64,000 bases of DNA from an uncultured Verrucomicrobiae bacterium (lineage in GTDB: Bacteria; Verrucomicrobiota; Verrucomicrobiia; Limisphaerales; UBA11358), in contig CAVXQV010000013.1 in NCBI GenBank assembly GCA_963764035.1, positions 634,349 through 698,348 of the forward strand, in the 5' to 3' direction. This document shows positions 1 to 11,821 of this stretch, in pieces (the first letter of the stretch is position 1; every line of letters starts with the position of its first letter). Made by a program: the position numbers and the translations under genes. A model generated the notes under the pieces. The model worked only from the letters and a program-made list of their open reading frames with translations. It was not told the DNA's origin and did not search any database.

Positions 1-1193
1 TTAAAACTGAAAGCCTGCCCGGCCTTGCCGGTGGCGAAGGTCGCACCATTGACCAATATTCCAGTATTGGCGCCAATGCTGTCATTGGCGTTGCCTTCCG
101 CCCGCCACCAAGCCACCAAACCAGACGGCGCGGGATCACAGGACGTCGCCCCCAGCACCGTCAGCACGGCATTGGCGCTGTTGGTCGAGCCGCCGGCGTT
201 GGCCACCAGCACGCCATAGCGGCCGGCTTGATCTGTCTGGACATTGGTCAACGTCAGCACGGGGTTGGTCGCCCCCGGAATGTCGGTCCCGTTGAAACTC
301 CATTGGTAGAACAGCGGCGGCGGACCGCTGGCACCCACCGTGAAGGTTGCCGTGCCGCCCACGTCCGCCGTTTGGTTGGTCGGCTGCGAGAAAACAACCG
401 GCGGTGCCAGCGCCAACGGACGCTTGCCCGCGCCGCCGGCGTTGTAGATCGCGGCAATTTCGTTGGACGAAAGCGCCCGATTGTAAAGGGACACCTCGTC
501 AATGATGCCACGGTAGGAGGCCCTCGCGCCGGGCGTTGGGTGGTTTCCGATTCGCAGTGGCCACGTGTTCGACAGGTCTCCACGAACAGCCGTCGGATCA
601 AACGTCGCAATCAACTGCCCATCCACGTAGAACCGGATCCCGGTCGCTGAATTCCTCTGAACTGTCACCGCGACGTGATGGAATTTCCCGTCGCGCAGGT
701 CCTGTTCCGCGGCAAGGTTGTAAAAGTTACTGCCCTCGTTGAGCGTGTCAATCATTTGGAAGCACAACCTTCCGTTGCCGAGATACATTTCATAACCGTA
801 GGCGTGATAGAAATCCGGGGCATAACGCTTGCCGACTACGGTCATCACTTCGCCGGAGAGATCGGTGTAATTGCCCGGGTTGTGCAACGGCAGAATCCAG
901 GTCTCTATTGAAAAATCCTGGTTCGGACCGAAGTTGAGCAGGGAAGCATCCGGCACGAGTATGCGGTTGGTATCATCTTCAACACCATTCAATTGGAAAC
1001 CCTGCCCCACTTCAGCCGCGACATAAGTTATCCCCGACGGCACCGCCGCATTGTTCGGCCCGGCACTGTCATTGCCGTTGCCGTCCCCTTTCCACCAACC
1101 CACCAAACCCGGCGGCGCAATATCGCTTCCCTGGCTAAAAAGCGATCCATTCGCCATGCAAAGGAATGCGAAAACTGCAAGGATCTTTCTCAT
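1..1193 (-). CDS. Secreted LamG/concanavalin-A-like + Ig-like domain protein (runs off the window start)
   Basis: Manual translation from ATG at 1193: signal peptide MRKILAVFAFLCMANG, then LVGWWKGDGNGNDSAG (LamG start), an Ig-like segment, and a second LamG start ending ...GILVNGATFATGKAGQAFSF at the window edge. Absent from the ORF track because it has no stop in the window. Confidence 0.8.
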   Translation of the reverse strand, partial: MRKILAVFAFLCMANGSLFSQGSDIAPPGLVGWWKGDGNGNDSAGPNNAAVPSGITYVAAEVGQGFQLNGVEDDTNRILVPDASLLNFGPNQDFSIETWILPLHNPGNYTDLSGEVMTVVGKRYAPDFYHAYGYEMYLGNGRLCFQMIDTLNEGSNFYNLAAEQDLRDGKFHHVAVTVQRNSATGIRFYVDGQLIATFDPTAVRGDLSNTWPLRIGNHPTPGARASYRGIIDEVSLYNRALSSNEIAAIYNAGGAGKRPLALAPPVVFSQPTNQTADVGGTATFTVGASGPPPLFYQWSFNGTDIPGATNPVLTLTNVQTDQAGRYGVLVANAGGSTNSANAVLTVLGATSCDPAPSGLVAWWRAEGNANDSIGANTGILVNGATFATGKAGQAFSF

Positions 1194-1455
1194 ATTGCCC
1201 GCTCTTCTAAACATTTTCGCCGGCTCCTGCCATCGGTTCGCCATGCAAAAAATCCCTCCCTCCCAAAGTTGAAAACTCAAACCAGCTTTGAGAAGTTCTA
1301 CGCCATTCTGTGCCAAATTAAACCAAATTGCAAGAGTTTTAATGTCACTTCTCCAGCATTCATTCCCGCCAACAAAACGCTGGCCGTCATCCGCCACAAT
1401 TGGAAACGAGTCATCCCGACTTGCCGACCTCCCCGCTTTTCGGCATTCTGCCGCC

Positions 1456-3173
<1,718 letters not shown>

Positions 3174-3200
3174 AACGCAGACAACGAAACCGACGAAACT

Positions 3201-3291
3201 AGCCCCGTTAGGGGCGTCATATTTGTAGAATCACGACACGCTAAATTCAAAGCTCCGTAGGAGCGGTATATGGCGAACACCTACACGCAAA
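3201..3291 (+). mobile_element. Remnant of an IS200/REP-associated tyrosine transposase 5' end with two short hairpins
   Basis: Hairpins gccccgttaggggc and gctccgtaggagc followed by atggcgaacacctacacgcaa (MANTYTQ, a typical TnpA/RAYT N-terminus); similarity stops after 7 codons. Confidence 0.5.
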
Positions 3292-3371
3292 GCTTCCGCC
3301 GCCTCCCTGAACCTTCATGCGCTGGATTTGCCGGACTGTCACCGGCATATCCAGCAACGTGCGCGGCCTGT

Positions 3372-3480
3372 TCCTTCTCCCTGGGGGAGAAGGTTAGGAT
3401 GAGGGCGGGTGTAAGTCACTACGCAATATTGTTTTAACGACCGCCCTCGCCCCGGCCCTCTCCCCCGGGGAGAGGGGGAA
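3372..3480. repeat. REP-like palindromes (ccctctccc...gggagaggg type), inverted pair
   Basis: ccttctccctgggggagaagg and ccctctcccccggggagaggg hairpins; the same family recurs at 4246-4465. Confidence 0.6.
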
Positions 3481-3663
3481 GCTTACGCCGCGCGATGGCA
3501 TGGCATGTGCCGGCAGTCGCTGGACCAAGCATCCGCAAAATGGACCTTTTTGACCATTTTCGGCCAAAATAACCCGATGTTGCTTGTTTGGAACCGGTTA
3601 ATCCACTTTGTCCTGCCGCAGACGGTCGTTGAAATGCCATTTTCCATTCTATTTCAGTGGATG

Positions 3664-3976
3664 AAGGTCAATCTTCCCGTCAAAAAGGTCATCCTTCTCG
3701 TCGAGAAGGTCATGCTTCCCGACGAGAAGGTCATGCTTCCCGACGAGAAGGTCATGCTTCTTGGCGGGAAGGTCATGCTTCTTGGCGGGAAGGTCATGCT
3801 TCTTGGCGGGAAGGTCATGCTTCTTGGCGGGAAGGTCATGCTTCTTGGCGGGAAGGTCATGCTCTGGCGGGAAGGTCATGCTTTGCGGCGGGAAGGTCAT
3901 GCTTCTTGGGGAAAAGGTCAATCTTTCGCGGCAGACGGTCAATTTTCGGGGATGGAAGGCCAAGGCTTTGAGGCCA
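3664..3976. repeat. 21-bp tandem array 1 (~15 units, consensus aaggtcatgcttcttggcggg)
   Basis: Units start at 3664, 3685, 3706, 3727, 3748 and so on. The ~12-nt core aaggtcatgctt is conserved and the ~9-nt tail varies. One unit is 19 nt (3853). Confidence 0.95.
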
Positions 3977-4074
3977 AATACGTTAGGTTTGGAGGGGTAA
4001 GGCGGGGCGCGGATGCCATTGTCTGGCCAAAAATAGCCACTGCTTGTCAGCGGCGGTCTGAAATGGCCTTTTGG

Positions 4075-4186
4075 CGTGGTGGCGGGCTTCCAGTCTGCCG
4101 GTGAAGGGGGCATTCTGCCGCCTGTTCCTGCCCAGATTCGCGGCTGGAAGCCGTGTCACGGGCAGCCGAGATGGCTGCCGCCACGA
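4075..4186. repeat. REP-like inverted-repeat element
   Basis: Ends cgtggtggcgggc ... ggctgccgccacg, with internal ggcttccag/ctggaagcc complementarity. Confidence 0.55.
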
Positions 4187-4505
4187 ATCAAGTGGTATTT
4201 TCAGACTGATTCTAATATTGAATTGCCTTTGATATGGCAATAACGCCCCTCACCCGTCCTGCGGACACCTTTTCCATGAACCTCGAAACCGGAGACGGTC
4301 CCTTCCAAACCAACCTTGAAACCGGAGACGGCCCCCTCACCCCATCCCTCTCCCCCTCAAAGGGGGAGAGGGTGCCGTCCCGACTGGTGAGCGGGCGGTT
4401 CAGGGGTTCAATGCGCGAATGTTCCATTGGGAGAATTCTCCACCCATCTGCTGGGGAGAGGGACGGGACGAAGGGCGATTTGGAGCAAAATAAACGCACT
4501 TTGGT

Positions 4506-4698
4506 TTAATCCGAATTCCGAAGTTGGGGAGCACATCCGCCCCGGGTGTGGCTGGACGCGCCTCCCGTCCAGCACCTTTGCGCGTGAGACCGTGCGGACC
4601 GTTCGGAACTTGTCTGTGTGCCCGGGTTTTCCGCGAGGGCGCGGAAAACTGCGCCCGCGGCGGGCGCGCTCCCAGTTCATTTCGGAATTCGGGTTTAA
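4506..4698. mobile_element. MITE-like element, ~190 bp, with ~17-bp terminal inverted repeats
   Basis: Left ttaatccgaattccgaa; right ttcggaattcgggttta (reverse complement taaacccgaattccgaa); internal GC hairpins; no convincing coding capacity. Confidence 0.55.
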
Positions 4699-4777
4699 GG
4701 ATCAGATCCCAATCCCGAAAACTCTTTTGCATTTGGCGTTTGCCTTCCGGCTCGACCAGAATGATTTTACAATCCGG

Positions 4778-5494
4778 ATGTTTTCGCGAATCCTGATTTT
4801 CATGACTGCGGTCGCCATTTCATCACCCGCTGGCGCGGCGACGGAGGAGGTGGTGCTGCTGCACGGCCTTTGCCGCACGACGCGCTCGATGGTGAAGATG
4901 GAGCGCGCCCTGACCAATGCCGGGTTCATGGTTCGGAACGTGGCGTATCCCTCGCGCACGGCGTCCATCCAGCAGCTCGCCGATGACGCAATTGGCGGGG
5001 CCGTGGCGGATTGCCAGCGGGACGGCGCGGTGAAGATTGATTTCGTCACGCACTCGCTGGGCGGCATTCTGGTGCGCAGTTATTTTGCGCGGCATTCCAT
5101 TTCCCCGCTGGGGCGCGTCGTGATGCTCGCGCCGCCCAATCGGGGCAGCGAGGTGGTGGACAAGCTCGGCGGCTGGTTTCTGTTCAAATGGCTCAACGGC
5201 CCGGCGGGCGGTGAATTGGGCACGGGCACGAACTCGGCGCCGAACCGGCTCGGCCCGGTGAATTATCCCGTCGGCGTGATTGCCGGCGACCGGTCCATCA
5301 ATTGGATCAACAGCCTGCTCTTCATTCCCGGTCGCGACGACGGGAAGGTGTCCGTCGAGCGGACCAAACTGGCCGGCATGAGGGATCATATTGTCATTCA
5401 CACGGCGCATCCGTTTATCATGAAGAACCGCCAGGCCATCCGGCAGACGGTTCAATTCCTGCGCACGGGGCATTTTGATCCGGGGGCCGGTTAA
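4778..5494 (+). CDS. Alpha/beta hydrolase (lipase/esterase-like), probably exported
   Basis: VVLLHGL, nucleophile elbow THSLGG, DDGKVSV and catalytic His in HPFIM; N-terminal signal-like peptide. Confidence 0.85.
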   Translation: MFSRILIFMTAVAISSPAGAATEEVVLLHGLCRTTRSMVKMERALTNAGFMVRNVAYPSRTASIQQLADDAIGGAVADCQRDGAVKIDFVTHSLGGILVRSYFARHSISPLGRVVMLAPPNRGSEVVDKLGGWFLFKWLNGPAGGELGTGTNSAPNRLGPVNYPVGVIAGDRSINWINSLLFIPGRDDGKVSVERTKLAGMRDHIVIHTAHPFIMKNRQAIRQTVQFLRTGHFDPGAG

Positions 5495-5560
5495 ATTGTT
5501 CTTCCCTCCCCGGCCCGTTTGTGATTAGCTCGGTTCACCGTAGTTCAACCAAATCAAACC

Positions 5561-6295
5561 ATGAAACGAATCTTTATCATCACCGGGCTGGCGGCGTTGA
5601 CGCTGTCGTTCGCGGGCAGCGCCCTGGCACAAACCGACATCACGGGCAATTGGAAGTCGCAGTTTGACTCCCAGATTGGCACGCAGAAATACACGTTCGA
5701 GTTCAAGCTCGACGGGACCACCCTCACCGGCAAGGCCATCGGCATCCGCCAGGACGCCACCAACGAGGTCGCCCTGACCAATGTCAAGGTTGACGGGGAC
5801 AAAGTCTCCTTCTCCGAACCGCTCAAGATTCAGGACAACGACGTGGTCGTGGAATATTCGGGCACGATTGCGGGCGACGAGTTGAAGTTGCATCGCAAGA
5901 TCGGCGACTTTGCCGAATATGACATCGTGGCCACGCGGGAGAAGGCGGGCGCCGCCAGCCCGGCCGCAATGCCGGCGACGGGTTCCGTCACCGGCAAATG
6001 GCAGGGGCAGTTTGATTCCCAGATCGGCGTGCAAAAATACACCTATGATTTCAAGGTGGACGGGACAACCCTGACCGGGCAGGCCGTCGGCATCACGGAG
6101 AATGGAACCAACAGCTCGGCCATCACCGACGGGAAGATCAATCAGGACACCATCACCTTCGTGGAACCGCTCAAGTTCGGCGACAACGATATCCGCATCG
6201 AATACACCGGCAAAGTGTCGGGCGATGAAATCAAGTTGCACCGCAAGGTGGGCGATTTTGGCGAGGAGGATCTGACCGTCAAGCGGGTTCCGTAA
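5561..6295 (+). CDS. Secreted protein with two tandem ~100-aa beta-rich repeats
   Basis: Signal peptide; repeats ITGNWKSQFDSQIGTQKYTF...LHRKIGDF and VTGKWQGQFDSQIGVQKYTY...LHRKVGDF. Confidence 0.85.
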   Translation: MKRIFIITGLAALTLSFAGSALAQTDITGNWKSQFDSQIGTQKYTFEFKLDGTTLTGKAIGIRQDATNEVALTNVKVDGDKVSFSEPLKIQDNDVVVEYSGTIAGDELKLHRKIGDFAEYDIVATREKAGAASPAAMPATGSVTGKWQGQFDSQIGVQKYTYDFKVDGTTLTGQAVGITENGTNSSAITDGKINQDTITFVEPLKFGDNDIRIEYTGKVSGDEIKLHRKVGDFGEEDLTVKRVP

Positions 6296-6406
6296 GGCGA
6301 CGCGTAACGGTTGCGGAAATTGATTCGCCCGGGGTGCGGGCGGATTTGCCAGTCGCGCCGGATGGTTCGCCCTGAACATCCGGCGTGTTGTTTTGTCCAA
6401 TGGGTC

Positions 6407-6769
6407 ATGAATCCTGCGACACGAGTTGCCGGGCTGGGCAGTGCCGGGGTGCTGCTGGCGGTGTTGTTCGCCGCCGGAGCGCTCACCAATCAGCCGCCGC
6501 TGGTGGTGAACCCGATGCGGCTTGAGGGTTCGAGCAATTTGGTCCTCAAGATGCCAAACTCCGCGCCCATTGTTCGTCTGGGCGTAAACCCGGTCACGCC
6601 GCAGCCGCTGGAACCGGGGATTTACCAGACCCGCCCTTACGCGATCATGTTGGTTGTGCCGAAATCGGGTTTGGATGACCGCTGCGTGATGAAGGCAACC
6701 GGCGCCGGGTCGAAAATGCCGGTGGTCAAACCGGGAGTGCGCGCCGTCCCGGTTGTTCCTGCCAACTAA
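6407..6769 (+). CDS. Hypothetical exported protein
   Basis: ATG 6407, hydrophobic N-terminus, fills the gap between neighbouring genes. Confidence 0.5.
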   Translation: MNPATRVAGLGSAGVLLAVLFAAGALTNQPPLVVNPMRLEGSSNLVLKMPNSAPIVRLGVNPVTPQPLEPGIYQTRPYAIMLVVPKSGLDDRCVMKATGAGSKMPVVKPGVRAVPVVPAN

Positions 6770-6787
6770 CAGCTTCAGTTCGGCGGG

Positions 6788-7238
6788 TCAGGATGAGGCG
6801 CCGCCGGCGATATATTGCTCCATTTGCTCGATCTGCGGCGTCCTGGGCGGAAATCGTCCAGTTCACCAGGTCGCCAATGGACACGATGCCGACGACGTTT
6901 TCCTTGTCCACCACCGGCAGGTGCCGGACGCGATGTTCCGTCATCAACTTCATGCAGTCCTCGACCGAATCGTGCGGTTTGACGGTGATGACCACGCCGG
7001 TGAAGATCTCCCGCACGCGGGTTTCCTTGGAGGATTTGCCCTGCAGCGCGATCTTCCGGGCGTAATCGCGCTCGGTGAACAGCCCGGCGAGCTTGCCGTC
7101 GGAGAGGACCAGCAGCGCGCCGATGTTTTTATCGGCCATGAGCTTGATGGCGTCAAAGACCGTGGCGTCGGGTGAGATGGACCACAAGGCCGTGCCCTTG
7201 TGGTGCAACAATGAACTGATTGGAACGCTGAATTTCAT
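6788..7238 (-). CDS. CBS-domain pair protein (frameshift near C-terminus)
   Basis: PDATVFDAIKLMADKNIGAL, TERDYARK, HRVRHLPV, GIVSIGDLV; the natural end EQMEQYIAGGASS* lies in another frame. Confidence 0.9.
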
Positions 7239-7362
7239 AGGTTTGATATAGGTTTAACACCCTTATCCACCCGGTTAGCGATTCTTGCAAGCAAAATGTT
7301 CCAACAATTTTCTTTCCGCGCGGCCCTTCTGCTGCGACCTTTCTGGCAACTGTTTACAAGCC

Positions 7363-8568
7363 ATGGAATCATTGCCGACTGTTTTACTGAAACCGGGCGA
7401 GGCCGACCGCGTGGTCGCCGGCCACCCGTGGGTTTATCACAACGAAATTCTGCGGGTCACCCAGTCCACCCGCCGACGGCGCGCTGGTCCAGGTGAAGGA
7501 CAGCCGGCAGCGGCTCATCGGCACGGGGTTCTTCAATTCAAAGTCCAAGATCATCGTCCGCGTGCTGTCGCCGGACCGGCGTTGAGGTGGACGAGAGGTT
7601 CTTTGAGGAACGCATCCGCGCCGCGCTCGCCGTCCGGCAAAAACACCTGCCGGGCGCGACGTCCTTCCGCGTCGTCAATGCCGAGAGCGATTTCTTGAGC
7701 GGCCTCATCGTGGACAAATACGAGGACGTGCTGGTGGTGCAGATCTCGTCGCTCGGCATGGACCAGCGGAAGGCGCAAATCATCGCCGCGCTGCAAAAGA
7801 TCTTTCCGCCCCGCGCGATCGTGGAGCGCAGCGACATGGCGTCGCGCAAATTCGAGGGATTGGCGGAGGCGAACGGGATTTTGTCCGGTGAATTGAGCGG
7901 GCCGGTGTTGGTGAATCTGAATGGTCTGAAGTTTGAAACCGACCTCGTTGCCGGCCACAAGACCGGCTTGTATTTGGACCAGCAGGTGAATTATCAGGCT
8001 GTGTCACAGTTCGCGGAAGTGCGATCAGGTGCTGGACTGTTTTAGTTTCCTCGGCGGTTTCGGCCTGCACGCCGCCCGCGCCGGCGCGACCCACGTGCAT
8101 CTGCTTGACCAAAGCGCCGAGGCGATTGCCGCTGCCCAACGCAATGCCGCCGCCAACGGTCTGGCGGAGAAATGCTCCTTTGAAGCCATCAACGTCTTCG
8201 ACTGGCTGAAGGCGCAAACCGCCGTGAAGCCCCACGAAAAGGTCATTCCGCGGTTTGATTTGATCATCCTCGATCCGCCGTCGTTCACGCGCAACCGCGC
8301 TTCGGTTCCCGACGCGCTGCGCGGCTACAAGGAAATCCATTTGCGCGCGCTGAAACTGCTCAAGCCCGGCGGAACGCTGGCGACCTTCTGCTGTTCGCAC
8401 CACGTCGGCGCGGGGTTGTTTCAGGACACGGTGCTGTCGGCGGCGTTCGACACGCGGCACGTTTTGCGCCGGGTCGCCAGCTATTCGCAAAGCCCGGACC
8501 ATCCCATCATCCCGATGATTCCCGAAACGGAATATTTGAAGGGCTTCGCCTTTGAACTGGTGAGGTGA
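7363..8568 (+). CDS. RlmI-like class I SAM-dependent rRNA methyltransferase (frameshifted)
   Basis: GHPWVY, ESDFLSGLIVD, GHKTGLYLDQ, LDCFSFLGGF, ILDPPSF. Confidence 0.9.
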
Positions 8569-8571
8569 GCC

Positions 8572-8985
8572 ATGCCAGCATTTCCCGTCAGCCTGGAAAA
8601 GGAGACCCAACTCGCCCAACGCATGGCCGCGCTGGGCGTGCGCGAGGCGGACATCGAGGAAACTTTCGTCCGCTCCGGCGGCCACGGCGGACAGAACGTC
8701 AACAAAACCTCGACCTGCGTGATGCTGCTTCACCGCCCGACCGGGTTGCAGGTCAAATGCCAGGAAACCCGCCAGCAGGGACTCAACCGCTTCATCGCCC
8801 GCCGCCTGCTGCTGGACAAGATTGAAGCCAGGAAAACCGGCTTCGTGGCCGCGCAACGCGCCGAGATCGAGAAAATCCGCCGCCAGAAACGGAAACGTTC
8901 CCGCCGCGCCAAGGCCCGGATGCTGGCCGACAAATCCCATCACGCCGACAAGAAGTCGTTTCGCCGGCCGGTCGCGCCGGAGTAG
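8572..8985 (+). CDS. Peptide chain release factor-like peptidyl-tRNA hydrolase (ArfB/YaeJ-like)
   Basis: [14 protein letters not shown] (GGQ motif) and a basic C-terminal tail. Confidence 0.85.
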   Translation: MPAFPVSLEKETQLAQRMAALGVREADIEETFVRSGGHGGQNVNKTSTCVMLLHRPTGLQVKCQETRQQGLNRFIARRLLLDKIEARKTGFVAAQRAEIEKIRRQKRKRSRRAKARMLADKSHHADKKSFRRPVAPE

Positions 8986-9302
8986 AGCAGCCCGAAAGAT
9001 TCCCGTTGCCCACGAACCGGGGCGCCAATCTTTGAATCGGCCCGTTGCGGCTGTTTCCCGGGCCGGTTCGTAGATCGGCGCTCCCAACGTTCCGTTTCAC
9101 GCCACGAAACGAGTGGAATTGTTGTTGGAGGTCGCAATTCCCCATTTGCCCCCTCAAACGCAGCAATTTTTGTTGATTGAAAGACAGAATTGGGTTTGTC
9201 GCCGCCGGCAGGGCGCTGGTATGATTTCGCAATGCTGGCCGTTCCCAGCGATCCCCGTGTTTGTTTGGGCAACGGCCTTAACCAATAGACGGAAATTTAA
9301 TT

Positions 9303-10387
9303 ATGACACAAATCGCAAAACTGCTCGGCGACAAGGCCGATTATCTCCTCAACTTCAAAAACCCGAAAATCTCCGAAGGACCGGCTGCACGTTCCCGGAC
9401 CGGAATTCGTGGACCGCATTTATGCCGCGTCCGAACCGCAACAACCGCGTGCTCGGCAATCTCCAGCGCATGTTCAGCCACGGCCGGCTCGGCGGCACCG
9501 GCTATCTCTCCATTCTGCCGGTGGACCAGGGCATCGAGCATTCCGGCGGCGCGAGCTTCGCCAAGAACCCGGATTATTTCGACGCGGAGAACATCGTCAA
9601 GCTGGCCATGGAAGGCGGCTGCAATGCGGTCGCTTCCACCTTCGGCGTGCTGGGGGCGGTCGCGCGCAAATACGCGCACCAGATTCCGTTCATCGTGAAG
9701 ATCAATCACAACGAACTGCTCACCTATCCGAACAAGTTCGACCAGATCATGTTCGGCACCGTCAAGCAGGCGGCGGACATGGGCGCGGCGGCGGTCGGCG
9801 CGACGATTTACTTCGGCTCCGACCAGAGCGGCCGGCAGATTGTCGAAGTCGCGCAGGCGTTCGCCCAGGCGCACGAAATGGGCATGGCGACGGTGCTGTG
9901 GTGCTATCTGCGCAACAACGCCTTCAAGATCAAGGGCGCGGACGGCAAGGCGACGGATTATCACGTCTCGGCCGACTTGACCGGCCAGGCCAATCATCTC
10001 GGCGTGACGATTCAGGCGGACATCATCAAGCAGAAACTGCCGGAGAACAACGGCGGCTTCAAGGCGCTGAACACGGGCAATTCCAGCTACGGCAAGTTCG
10101 ACGAGAAGATTTACACCGAGCTGACCAGCGACCATCCGATTGACCTCTGCCGCTACCAGGTGGCCAATTGTTACATGGGCCGCGCCGGCCTGATCAACAG
10201 CGGCGGGGAATCCAAGGGCAAGGGCGACCTCGAACAGGCCGTCGCCACCGCCGTCATCAACAAGCGCGCCGGCGGCACGGGATTGATTTCCGGCCGCAAG
10301 GCGTTCCAGCGCCCGATGAAGGAAGGCATCGGCCTGCTCAACGCCATCCAGGACGTCTATCTCGACAAGTCTGTCTCCGTGGCATAA
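9303..10387 (+). CDS. fbaB: Class I fructose-bisphosphate aldolase (5' frameshift)
   Basis: [41 protein letters not shown]. Confidence 0.93.
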
Positions 10388-10450
10388 ACGGCGGGAGCAC
10401 GATTCTTTTTTATCCAACGGCCAACTCCGCAACTTGTGGGGTTGGCCGCT

Positions 10451-11506
10451 TTATTTGAGCAGTTCCCGCTGCCAGCCCATCAATTCCGGCGCGTGCCGGT
10501 CCCAATCGCGCGCCAGGTCGCCGAGCGTGGATTTGCTGGCGATGAGTGTCGGGTCAATGCCCAGCTTGTGCGCGTGCGCGTCGCGGCGCCTGGCCAATTC
10601 GGCGTAACGGCGGCGCTCGGCCTCGGAGGGGCGTTCGAATTTCTGCCGGAGTATCTCCGGATGCCGGTCCGTCGGCACGGCAAGTCCGGACCGGACCGCT
10701 TCCAACAAAGCACCGCGCCGGCGCGGCGACATTCGCGGCGGCAACAGAATTTCGACGGGATGATTCCCCGTCGCCGCATCCGCGATGTCCGTCAGTCTTT
10801 CGTGGTTCAGGATGAAGAACGGCGGGCGGTTGGCAGCGACGGCTTCGCGTTCGCGCCAGTGCCAGAGCTCGCGCAACACGGCCAGCGCCGGGCGGGTCAA
10901 ACGGCTGCTGCCCTTGATGCGCCAGACGGACTCGCCGTCCACGACGGGCGGCTGCGAGCAGTCGGCGATGAGCCGCGCACAACATTCCTGATGCCAGGCG
11001 AGCCGGTGTTTCTGCTGGAGTTCGTGCTTCAGCTTGTCAACCAGCGGCTTCAAATAATGCGTGTCGTTGCGCGCGTAGGCTTCCATTTTCTCGGTCAACG
11101 GCCGCCGCGCCCAGTCCGCTTTCTGCGACGCCTTGTCCAGTTTCACGCCCAGATATTTTTCGACGAGCGAACTCAAGCCGAATTGCCGTTCGCCCACCAG
11201 CCGCGCCGCCAGCATCGTGTCGAAAATCGCAGACGGCGTAAATTCGTGGTGTTTGCGGAGCAGGCGCAAATCGTAATCCGCGCCGTGCATGATGAGTTCG
11301 CGGCCGACGAGCGCGTCCAGCACCGGATCAATGTTGATGCCCGCCAGCGGGTCCAGCATCCGGTCGTGCCCGGCGATGCTGATCTGGATGAGGCAGACCT
11401 TTTCCGGATAGGCGTGCAGGCTGTCGGCCTCGGTGTCGAGCGCCACCCAATCGGCGGCGCACAACTTCGGCAGGAACGCCGCCAGTTTCTCTTCAGTGTC
11501 AATCAT
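10451..11506 (-). CDS. rnd: Ribonuclease D (3'-5' exonuclease + HRDC)
   Basis: ALDTEADSLHAY, FDTMLAA, DWARRPLT, YARNDTHYL, followed by an HRDC region. Confidence 0.9.
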   Translation of the reverse strand: MIDTEEKLAAFLPKLCAADWVALDTEADSLHAYPEKVCLIQISIAGHDRMLDPLAGINIDPVLDALVGRELIMHGADYDLRLLRKHHEFTPSAIFDTMLAARLVGERQFGLSSLVEKYLGVKLDKASQKADWARRPLTEKMEAYARNDTHYLKPLVDKLKHELQQKHRLAWHQECCARLIADCSQPPVVDGESVWRIKGSSRLTRPALAVLRELWHWREREAVAANRPPFFILNHERLTDIADAATGNHPVEILLPPRMSPRRRGALLEAVRSGLAVPTDRHPEILRQKFERPSEAERRRYAELARRRDAHAHKLGIDPTLIASKSTLGDLARDWDRHAPELMGWQRELLK

Positions 11507-11600
11507 CGGCTTAGACACTACGGTTTAAGGCTTTTGCGCCGGAGTTTCAAGCAAAGTCGCAAACATGCGGGGAAGAAAGAGCATATCACTTCTTGCAATC

Positions 11601-11742
11601 TCATTAACACCGGGCTTCAGCCCGGTGGCGGGAGGACAGGCAAAGACGAGCCGTTTCAACGGCTTGGCGCGCGGAGAAACGGTTGAAACCGTTTTGAGTC
11701 CACACCGACCTGGGCACCCCGGCTGAAGCCGGGTGTTAATGA
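11601..11742. repeat. REP/BIME-like inverted-repeat element
   Basis: tcattaacaccgggcttcagcccggtg ... ccccggctgaagccgggtgttaatga ends, with inner ccgtttcaacgg/aaacggttgaaaccgttt hairpins. Confidence 0.7.
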
Positions 11743-11821
11743 ACGCCAAAACCCGTTGCCGAATATCGAGATGCTCACGGGGAAGCTTGCCAAACGCCGC
11801 CCGGCTTTTAACATTCGCCCA

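Noticed and set aside
3664-3976. 21-bp arrays as CRISPR arrays
   Set aside because: Units are too short, there are no unique 25-45 nt spacers, many adjacent units are identical, and no cas genes are in the window
3505-4113. Repeat-encoded ORFs (KVMLLGG, HDLPAKK, MTFPPRS) and the similar overlapping ORFs over array 2
   Set aside because: Several frames on both strands are open simply because the unit is stop-free and divisible by 3; nothing favours one frame
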